From: Fimbriosthenelais zetlandica
Lineage: Eukaryota
Reading direction: 5' to 3'
Assembly (NCBI GenBank): GCA_977030845.1
Contig: OZ365113.1
Location: forward strand, 39,370,001-39,434,000
Length of the DNA: 64,000 nucleotides
Positions within the stretch are counted from its first letter, which is position 1; each line of letters opens with the position of its first letter. The notes below the pieces were generated by a model. It was given only the letters and a program-made list of their open reading frames with translations. It ran no database searches and was not told where the DNA came from. Shown here in pieces: positions 1 to 10,900 of the stretch. Position numbers and translations under genes: made by a program.

Positions 1-278
1 GATTAAGAATTATCAAAAATAGGAGGGCATATTTAGAAATGTTATCTCTAACCAAAGTAAGTGTCGAATGATTTTTGCTTTGGGCGTATAGTGAACAGGT
101 CGGTGGTAGTGGCCTCATGTCATAATTGATTGTCGGTCTCAATATGATGAAGTACCACCATATGTCTACAATCAATTCTCCTCACCTCTCAAAATTCTAA
201 AACTCCACTATGATTACTTGACTGACCATCTATCGGTAATGGTTCTTATCAGCTCGTTGGGGAGTTAGGAGGAGGAGT

Positions 279-301
279 GGGGGGGGGGGGGGGGGGGGGG
301 G
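279..301 (+). repeat. Poly-G (23 nt)
   Basis: Direct reading. Confidence 0.95.
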
Positions 302-1454
302 ATGTAGCCTGGCCGGCGGGCAATATGAGCATACCTTGGTTGCTGTTATTAATAAAGGAAGGCATGATGTATGTAGCCACTCTAAGCCGGGCTTTTTGAT
401 GTTTTGGCCGAGCACTGGGTGACGTCTGAACTAGCTATCAATCTGTAGCGATCGCCTCATATATCTTACCATGACAAGTTCAGATTAAACCCTTACACGG
501 ACAGACACGACCTAAATTCCATCAGCACCATAGCAACTGTCAATCGTAGCAGGAAGCCCAAACAAAGTTTATAGGATGCTCTCTGTCTGCCAGACCAAAA
601 ATATAGACGCCAAAGCCATTGTTCATGCCTTGAACATTCGACCTTGTTGAGAGAGAGGGCGGGAGGGAGACCTCAAAAAGAAGGAGATTAAGTGTTATAA
701 ATCAAGGACGATATTAAAACCGTCCGTGGCAGGTATTGACAGAATGAGGTCTGGAGTGTCGAGACTTGGTGCTTGTTGTAGGATGTAGTAAATCAAAATG
801 TTATCAGAGAACAAGTAGAGGTATAACACCCATTAGACACGTCTATACTGAGATCCGGGCAATAAATGACAAGAAGTGCACGTGTACAAACTCTCCTGAA
901 GGAGTGTAGGCTTCCCAATTATTAACATTATACAATTATTCTAATATCCTATTATATCATGTTTCATCTAAATCCTATAAAACACTTCCTTGTTTCAATA
1001 ATTTCCTTCCCGAAAACCTATACCCCATCAGCAAAGACACTTGGCCCCTCTTTCCCCCACGCAAGGGAACTGCTAGCTGTTGACTTCCGTTTGAACATGT
1101 AAAATCAACATGGAGGCCCCCCGCCAAGTAATGACCACTCCTTCCTGGGACGAGGAATTACCAGAAACAGGCTTGCTCCCTCTCAGTTGGCCAACTCACA
1201 ATTTTATTTATTGAACGTATATGTAATGTGGCTGGGCTACGGAGACATCCCCCAACCATCAATACCAACTTGGAGGGCATTGTACAAATGGGACATGAGA
1301 GGCTAGCACTGGCCGAGTATAGGGGAGACGAACATGTTGAGGTGGGGGCATTCTCCCTTTTTATCCCATTCCTGATATTAGTTGTCCATTGGATTAACAT
1401 TGGACTTGATATTGTGAAGGCCGGTGGTACAAGATTTTGGCATAATTTCCTGCT

Positions 1455-1505
1455 CTCTGATTGGCTTCGTCATGATGTCCAACTAATTAACTGTACTCTG
1501 ATTGG
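1455..1505 (-). promoter_or_regulatory. Paired NF-Y CCAAT boxes, 41 bp apart
   Basis: AGCCAATCAGAG and AACCAATCAGAG on the minus strand (CTCTGATTGG at 1455 and 1496). Confidence 0.4.
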
Positions 1506-2482
1506 TTAACGATCTCAGAGTATCAACAAGGGCTGAGCAAAGTTGTGTTTTGCATTCATTGATTAAAAATGATAAATGAAATTATTTTCCCATATTTATT
1601 TACTTCTTTTAATGGATAGCATAAACATATGAACTTCCCTTCACATTCGAAGAAGTCCTCAAAAGAATGGAATATGCAAATTGGGAAACTTATCACATTA
1701 TAAGGACAAATTTTATACTTCTTGGGAGGTCTGGTATTAATTATGGCATATCCCTGCCACCAATGTATAAACTTTGGCATATATATAATTCAGTTCCAGC
1801 ATAATTGGCAGAATTATTATAGGTACATGATATGAGTTTCAGAATTTGACCACTTCAACTGTTCAGTTTATATAGTATCCCCCACTAACTACTGGAGGCT
1901 ATAAAGGGCCTGGTGGAGGCAGCATCTCTTCCCCCTCTGTGGGACAGCATCCTGTCCATCACACCACTCATCATGAACCATGGAGGGAGGAGAGGAGAGG
2001 TTGGGTCCTGGCCCTGTGGCCTCCAGCCAAGAAAACTGCCTCTGACATTGCAATATGAATATGCAATGATGAATAATGGTGCCTATAACTTCTCCCATTT
2101 TAAATGCACATACAGGGTCACTGGTGTGTGGATATATCTAAACGACTGCTGGGCACCGTCAGTAAGACCAGGAGGAAAGCGGCGTTTAAACTTTTGCAGG
2201 ACAAGGCTTTTCCTTCTTGATGTGGAGAAATTAAATGGTGGGAAATTAAACGATGAGGTAATAGGTCAATGGACGTCACCACTTCTTTTTCATGTCTTTG
2301 AGGCGAGCTGATGTGATAGTAAAGTGACACCAAGTGACGTTTAACATAAGATCCTCCCCCTCCCAATACTCTAAAATTTTCTTAAAAATCCATTATCGCC
2401 TAAAAGACATGGCTCCTCCATACAAGCATTTAGTACATCCATACGTGTTCCATATATAGATATCCATAATGGATATCATTGA

Positions 2483-2504
2483 CTGTCATTGATTTATTTG
2501 ACAG
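2483..2504. promoter_or_regulatory. Meis - Pbx/Hox - Meis composite site
   Basis: CTGTCA-t-TGATTTAT-t-TGACAG. Confidence 0.45.
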
Positions 2505-3960
2505 TTCGTCATTTTCTCCTTAAAAGAGTTGGAATAGGAGGCCTACAGTTGAGGAAGGCTGTATAGCATGTCTTAATTATGAGATGCTCTCAGGTAGAAA
2601 GGCAAGATTAATTAATTAAAATGAGTTGCTTGCAGGGCTCATAGTCCTGTATTAACCTTACTAGCATCCATATTTTATACATCCACTGAATAAGCGATAT
2701 AATATGGAGTTTATAAAAATATATTGATGATCTCTTCCCCATAGAAAATCAAAAGCAGGTCTACAGCGATGACTTTGAGGGTAAGATGACTTTACAGGAT
2801 AAATGTAGATGTTTTTCATGCTTAGTATTATAAAGTTCATATATAATTTGGCTTTGCTGGTTAACAAAATGATCCGACAACTGGGGACATTTCAAAACGT
2901 CTATCTAATTAGTGGGTAATAGCCATTTCATTTGCCTGTCACAGATGACAGTTGGTGGAGGGGGGAGGCCAAGCAGGAAAGGCCTGGGTGACAAGCCAGT
3001 TAGGGAATCAGGAATAGTGCAATTCATGTCATTCACTTTATTCCTCTTTCATGTTGGTGCCTTCTACAGTGAAGCCTTCTGACAAATGATTAGCTTCCAG
3101 CCCAGGTCTGATCCCCTCTTGACATGCAACCTATGTATAATAACGGATCTGTAAATTTGTCATAATGTTGTTATAGTAAAAGACATAGGGAGAAAGGTGG
3201 AGGAAAAGCAGAAGAGAAGAGGGCAAGAGGAAGGTTAGAATATGTGGAAATAAGTCAATATCTACTATAAAAAGAATATTCTTTTTGATCCCACTTTGGA
3301 TGGGATGTAGTTTTGAGTCAAAATTAATATACAAGTACAGTACTTAGTTTTGCCAATTAAGACTGGAGAGAAGGAATTGAGTGATCTTCACGTCGTTCAT
3401 CCATAAAATTCAGACATCTTCTAAGAGTGACTACACAAATTTAAGCCCTGAATTTGATTGATGGATGCCAAGCAATTTAGTTATGGGGTATCCATCCCCT
3501 CCATAATCACGACAGGCTAAGTTCATAAATCATCTTTGATAATTAGTCTCTCCTAATTGGCATGCTTACATCTATCATGTACAGTAATAAATACTTGTAT
3601 ATAATTTATATTTTTTATTTGTACAAACAAGGCCAACAATAAGAGATTCTGAAAGACCCGTACATAGACTCTACAGCCTGTATCCTAGGTAACGAACTAA
3701 AGATTACTTTGTCCATGGTAATCCTTATAACATCTATCATCAATGATAAGTTTAGACGTAGGGGTAAACAGAGGATAAAAAGCTTGGGCCTCAAGTGGCT
3801 TGTCTGGTATGTGCAACATCAGAGGGATTCAACAGATTGATGTCTGTATGGAATCACTTTAGGGGGGAGCCACAGCGCAGTGGGCCATAAAAAACAAAAA
3901 CTTAATAAGTTATGATGGAATGGAGCCATTCAGCAATAGACAATGTCAGGCTAGTTCCCA

Positions 3961-4003
3961 AGGTCACTGAGTGTCATTACACATGACCTTTGACCTCTGA
4001 CCC
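3961..4003. promoter_or_regulatory. Nuclear-receptor half-site cluster with perfect DR1
   Basis: AGGTCA (3961), then TGACCT-t-TGACCT-c-TGACCC (3984-4003). Confidence 0.4.
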
Positions 4004-4889
4004 CATCTGTGTGATGTGGAAGACAGGAGAACATCCGGGTGGTTGACGGACTAGTTGTTCAACATACAATCAATCTTAATTCATCAGACCTCCTGACTCG
4101 CGGATCTGTCACTGTCATCGCTTCATTTTGGAACCAAGCGCCGACACTGGGAGTTAGTGTGTAGGGGAGGGGGTCGAGGTAAGGGAGGGTTCACTGTATG
4201 AAGTAAGGGGTATGTGGGTGGGTGGGGAGGTAGGCTGGGGGCTGGTTGGGGGGCAAACTGGCAATATGGTAAAACAGCAGGGCAACCAAGAGCCCCTTAT
4301 ACATGTATTCAACCTTCAAGTCAATACAATGCCTCCTTCAACAGGGCAAATAATTGTCATTTAACTGCAGTGGGAATGGCAATCATGACTGTCTCTAAGT
4401 AAACAGTCTCCATTTTTATCTCAGCAAGTTTTCTTTTCAGTCTAAAACGCAGACAACTTAGCATAACCTTTTTCTTGGATAAAAAGTTAAGGCTGGAGCT
4501 CAGCCCTTCAGGTTGAAAGCCATCCATCACAATTGGTACTTCAGGTGAAACAGTTCTGGTTCATTTTGGTGGGCTGTTTCACCTCTAGATTCATTTATTT
4601 CCAACACAGTTTACGTAGTTCACTATTCTCTAGGTAGGCAGCAGTGCATGGGCAATAAGTTGCCCACGCAGACTTAAACGTTATGCCAAATTTTAGTACA
4701 AATACATATAATGTAAAAGCTAAAAATATTTTCATCAGAGAAGTTGGAATAAATTGGAAAAAAATCTAGCTTATATATCTGATCTGAAAAGAAGTAATAT
4801 CTTTATACATGAAATATTGAAACTAAAAAGACTCATAAATATGTCAGCACGGACATTCGACTATTTTATCCGAGAAGTATTATTTCTAT

Positions 4890-4941
4890 TAAAAGGAGAA
4901 CAAGAAACCAATATAGGGAAAGTATATGAAGGGCTTTTATT
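4890..4941 (-). terminator. Putative polyadenylation signal with U/GU-rich downstream element
   Basis: Minus strand AATAAA-agcccttCA...TTGGTTTCTTGTTCTCCTTTT. A second AATAAA lies at 4599-4594. Confidence 0.4.
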
Positions 4942-7906
4942 AACCATATGATGCGAACAGTGTGATGGAACGGGACAATATTTATACTCTTATGAGAGGT
5001 ATCCATTGGTTAAATAGAAGAAAACTGACAAAAACAGTATCAAAATTTTCTGGGATTTCTTTGATATTGAGCCAACACTCGAAACGGCCGAGGTTCTATG
5101 ATGCACTCTCAACACAATAGGTTTCGGTTATCTTTTTCTCCTGTATATAGCGGAAACGTCCATAAAAGCATTGAGGTTTAAAGATTGATACAAGTCTCTG
5201 TCCTTTTCTTGGCTTAAATTGGTACATTGTAAATGATCCAATGGCCCCCATATTGCACCCCATACCATCCTTCTACAATGAGCTGGAATGATTATTATCA
5301 TGTATATACGGCTTGAAGCATCCGTAAATCGGCAACCTGGACATCTTTTATATAATACATATAAAGAGACAAGTCCACTGATTAACTAATAGTCAACAGG
5401 AGCACTATCATTCTGTTCTTTTTTCTGTCCTGAACGGGAAAAAAGAACTGACAAAAAGAGAAACATAAATATTCCATAAATTAATATCACAACTCAACTT
5501 GAGAGTTAAGTATTTACAATGGTACTGCAGTTACTGCAAGAGTGGCACAACATGGCCAAGTCTGTAGACTCAAAACTGGGCTGTATACGATGATATACAA
5601 ACGTTTTCATTATGATTACCGAGCCCCGATGGCTCATCTATGTTTATAATATATTTAGGAGTTGTAAGTACATGGCAAAGACGGTAAGGTTTATGTTACA
5701 TATCAATTATATAAATAGTCACCTTTACATGGTAATTTGTTACTACATGCAGTACACTATATCATTTACCTACACTGGGTGTCTATGAATATTACACAGT
5801 GACCAGGTCAATATTTGAGGAAAAAACTTTTTGACTTCATTAAACAAAACATCGCAACTGGAAAGTAAATTCTTATGTCTATACGGTGAATTAGTTCCAC
5901 ATGTTATAAAGATTTTCCCAATATGCTCTTAAAACTAGTGGAAATAAGGTGACATGACAAAGGTTCTGCTTTGTCTTTTTATGGATTTACCGTTTTGGGA
6001 TTTACCCTAATGTGTTTTCATGGATTTGGAAGATGGGCCTGGCGAGTTGTCATGGCACTAAACTTGCTGGACATACACCAACAATAGAGAGAGAGAGGAC
6101 AAGCACATGTATAGCGTTCTGTGGCAAGATAGGGAGATACAAATAACAATGTTGTATACAGCTTGGGATGATTGTCCATCTCACCCCTCCATCTGTGTGC
6201 TATGTACATAGACCTTTCATTATATACAAAAACTGAGATCTATCACTTTCATTTTGGCAGAAAAAAAATACTTGGAAACAAAATAAAAAAGATAAAACAT
6301 TTTGACAACGCATCACCCGACTGTGAATGATATTTTTGAAACACATTCATATCTTAGCTACATATTAGGAAATCTATCCATTATTAAACTCTGACAAATA
6401 TAACGTAATATATGTTTCAACATGCATAACAATACAGTCACTCTGAATACCATGTCCAAGCATTCCTTCCCTTGAAGTTATGACTGTTCCATTGTAAGAA
6501 AAAAAACTTTCTTCTATAACGTTTGTGAATAGGACACAAATGACATACCGGTATAGGAGTATGTATTGTGGAATAATGCTTTTAATACACAGGAGAGAAA
6601 TTATAACATCAATTTGAGACCACTGTATAGTTTTTTGACATGGTGGGACGATGAGTGTTGTGTACTTTATAAACATTGTGTGATTCATTTCATGACCCGC
6701 AGAGCCAGTGATGTGATTATTTAGCCATTGATCTACGACTATAACAGTATTGTGATATAGGTTATAATACACAGTGCAAAACCAATCACAAGTTTTGAGT
6801 CGGTACCATAAAAAGGGGCGTGTGAGGGGGGGCCCTGCACCCCGAGGAGTGAGAATAATAAGTGATATATCATTTGTATAGGGAAACAGTCATCACTAGG
6901 ATGTCTGGAGTGGCGTTTGTGAAAGAAAGGGATAATATATATACCCCTGGGTGGTGACAATATTCTATCAACAGGTCCCTGCACACTTTATCTTCCAGAA
7001 CTCGACCGCTGCCCAATATTATGGACCGACTCATTGATAGTCAATAACAACCCTCAATGAGTTTTTTCTTTTATAAAATGGTTGAAAAAGAAAAGTTTTA
7101 AAAAACATACGCACACAGCCACAACGTGTTTCACCTGCCCGGACAACAAAGAAAGACTACTTGACCTGGATATATATTATATATATCAGGAAAACTATTA
7201 TCCATGAACTACAATGAGGCATATCTTGATTTAGTAGGTGAGATATTTCAGAGAGAAGATGATATAATTTTATGCATGCAAATATGTTGCTGTATGTTTT
7301 ACAACCCAATCCTGGGTTTGACAACTATATGACTTTATAGATAATGGGTTAGACCAGTCTGATTACATGCTTTAACATATTTTATATGTTAGAAGTTCAA
7401 CCAGTTATTCAGACAAGTACATACCAGAGCGATGAGGAAAAGCAGTATTGGAGCTCAATTCCTCCATGTAGGATTAATTACTATGATAATATTATGATTT
7501 TTGTAAGTAGTCCAGCTTGTCCGGTACATAAATATATTCAGATGAACGCACGAGTTCGACACATATTACAAGCTGGCCAATGAGCTGTATAAGGGCAAAC
7601 GATGCTTAGCGCTGAACACGAGTGGACCCTATTAATGATTCCATTCCATGAGAGAAAGAAAAAAAATTCTTGTGGAGCCACATAAGAAGATACTTCGGGC
7701 CGTGGAAGCCACTCTCATATATGCACACATGGATTAGGCTCATATTAATATGAAAACGTATCTTTTGAAAACAACACTAAATATTGCAGTACAGCAGAAG
7801 ATAAAACAAAAACTGTAATGTGAGCATTTTCCTAATGAGGTTTTCAGAAATAGAGTAATGCTAATAAGATAGGTGTTCACTCGTGTTTGCTAGGCGTAGG
7901 TGTTAG
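4936..7906 (-). other. Putative ~3-kb 3'UTR of tsh
   Basis: AT-rich and U-rich on the sense strand. The first AATAAA I found downstream of the stop is at 4941-4936. Confidence 0.4.
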
Positions 7907-10900
7907 TCATTTACCCTTGTTGGCCAGCTCGTTGGCCATCTCGTAATACTTGTTGAACTTGGCTGTGTGGTCCAGAGGCAGATAGACATAGGGACTCATA
8001 TTGAACGCTTCTTTGATGCCATAACGCTTGACACTAGACAAATGGCACCGACTTAAATGGTATCTGTATGACCCTTTTGAAGCAAAGGTTCGGTTACATG
8101 CTTGGCAACGAAAGTCTCCAGCTTGGTCACTGTCACAGGCACTGGCTGCATCTGCAACAGGCGAATTCTTGGTAGGGGTGGAGCTGGTTGGAGAACACTG
8201 GCCACCAGTGGTGGGTGGAGAGGAGTCCTGGGAGATGTTGATGTGGACTGCTGATGTGGCGCTTGATGTGGGCATAACGGTGACAATGGGGTTGACCAGG
8301 ATGACAGTGCTAGGCAGGCCTTGTTGTTGCAGGGCTGCCATGCCTGTCACGTACGTTTGTTGCGTTCCGTTTGGGCGCATCACACTGGAGGGAGTATCAG
8401 TGTTGTGGATCAACTTCTGCAGACTGTCAAGCGGATGCTCGGTGGAAAAAGACTTCCCATACACCAGGCCCTGCAAAGACTGGAGGGCAGAGGACTTCTC
8501 CTCCACTTTGCCATCATCTGATAAGTATTTTTGATGCAGAGGTTTGGGTGAGGAGGACATAGCGTTCCTGCTTTCACTGTCACTTGTATCAGCCTCACCA
8601 CCGTCTGCCTTACCATTGCTCTTCTCACCTGTCATCTCCCCAGACTCCTTTTCCTCCTTGATCTTGGGTGAAGACCCAGCAGTGTTTTTGTTATGAGATT
8701 CAGCCTTTTCCACTTTGAGATTGGTGGGTAAAGAAGGTGGCAAGTACTTGTGTTGCATGGCATAAGAATCTATGTGCTGGCCAGTGCTGTCAGGTAAGGG
8801 ACAGTCACTGCGGCTAATAGATGCCATGGAAAGACTTGCCATTCGACCGTTAAGTGGGTTTGAACGATAAAAACTTGGCTTGTTGGAGTTACTTGTAAAA
8901 CTCCTCTCAATAAAGTTCTCCATAGCTTTGAGGGCCGAGCCTTCTCCACCCAAATCAGGAAGAGAAGAGGAGCCAGTGGTACTGTGCAGTACGGGGGAGC
9001 TGGCCAGCCTGACAGGATCTGCTGATCCTGCTCTAGACGATGACTCTTTAGAATCAGGTCTGGTTGGTAGCTCCTCCACGCTGAATCTATCTGGATTGTC
9101 GCTGTTTGCTGCGGGTTCTTCTTCTTCTTCTTTCAGACTACCTGTATCTATGTCTCTGGCTTTTGATTGTTCATTGTAGTAGTGTTTTAGTCCATGTGAG
9201 TTGTGTGCCTTAACCCTGAGATAATGGTCCATGGACCATGACCTGGAATGGTCTTCACTCGATCTAGGTCTGGGAGGCTGCTCCTCGATTCTTGACCTGC
9301 TCAACTGCTCAGCAGACCATGGCCGAAGTGGCTCGCTTGACACTGACCTGTCTGAACCATGTGACAAGGGTCTCTCAAGCTCCTGAGTCTTACCCATGTC
9401 TTGTGATTTAGGTCGCTCTGGGTAAGTCAGTTTGAGGGGTTCAGCAATAGGCGAGGACGCTCGGTCTTCAATGTGGCGACTGAAGTTCAACCAGCGCTCC
9501 ATTTTGGACTTGTATTTCTCATGGGCTTGATGGGCACGATTCTCCTTGTGTGATTTATCTTCTGTACATCTTGCCTTCTCATTTTCGAGAGATTTAGCTT
9601 TGGCTAATGCTTCTTCATACCGCCCTCGCTTCTTGTATGGGATATATTCAATCGGGAGTTGAGATTCACTCTTTTCATTCGGAGGGCTGTGTGAGTTGGT
9701 GGGTCTTTTTAAATTCAGGGCTTTCTCTTCTGTGTCTTCTGGTTTTTTAGGAGATGCTGCAGCCTCAGCAGACAAGTTCACGCACGCTCGAACATGTTCT
9801 ACAAACTTTTGAGTTTCTATTCGCTCTCCACAGTTTTCACATCCTATTTTATTGAAATCGGGGATGTCTTTTTTCAAAGAATCAGAACAAGAGTCATCAT
9901 TACTCTCCAAAGCCTCAGATTTCACCGTTACCTCACCTACTTTCTCAATGTTCTCAGTTTTGTTGCCACTTGACAAATCCAATTCCCTCTCGCCATTTTC
10001 TCCATACAAGGTTGTATCATCATTTTTCTCCTTTTTAATCAGTTTGTTTTTCCAATCATCATACCGACTAGAACTGGAATCTTTTCTCTTGCGTTCTGGC
10101 ATGCCCTTGTTACCAGGATCATTGCTGCTGCTGGTTCCATTAACAATTGTCCTTTTGGAATCAAGCAATGTGGCAACAGTGGCGGTAGGAGATTTACTTT
10201 TGCGTACTGAATGTGCATGGTGTGATGGTGCTACAGGTATTCCTGCAGGTTTGGGGCTTTGACAGTTGTTACCGACCTCATGTGCACTACCCACATGTGA
10301 GCCACTTGTTCCCACACTGGAAGAAGAGCTCTTGAGCATATGTTTCTTGTGGTGGCCTGAAACAACCATATGGTTGGCCAGTCCATCCATGTCCTTAAAA
10401 CTTTCATGGCAGACCTTACAACAGAACACACTACCTCTGTCCTCCTCCTCATTATCGCTATAATAAGAGGTGTATTTATGTATTTTTCTGCTCTCAGCTC
10501 CCACTATGTTTGTATAGTGTCGGGTTTTCATCATGTGGATAGTGAGCTCAGGTAACGATTTAAATGACTCACCACATTGCATACACCTCAGAATCTGGCG
10601 AGTCTGTTCCATGCCTTGATTAAGCCACATGTCCTGGCCTCGCACGAGCTTGGGATATTCCCCCTGGTCTCCATTCTTGCTAGGCAATGGTGTATGTCCT
10701 GTGTTCTGCATGTGAATAGTCAGGTCATACAGAGTTGAAAACTGTTTCTTACAGGAACATGTGAGGTTGGTATATTTACCATTGTTGCCCAGAACATTGT
10801 TGTTATTGTTGCCAGCACCACCACCAGGACCACTGACAGAAGTTTCCTCTTTGTGGGCCGTGTGGTCTCTGGCAGCACTGGACTTGTCCGAGTCGTGATG

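Noticed and set aside
6374-6772. 132-aa minus-strand ORF downstream of tsh
   Set aside because: AT-rich, no domain, and it lies in the probable 3'UTR.
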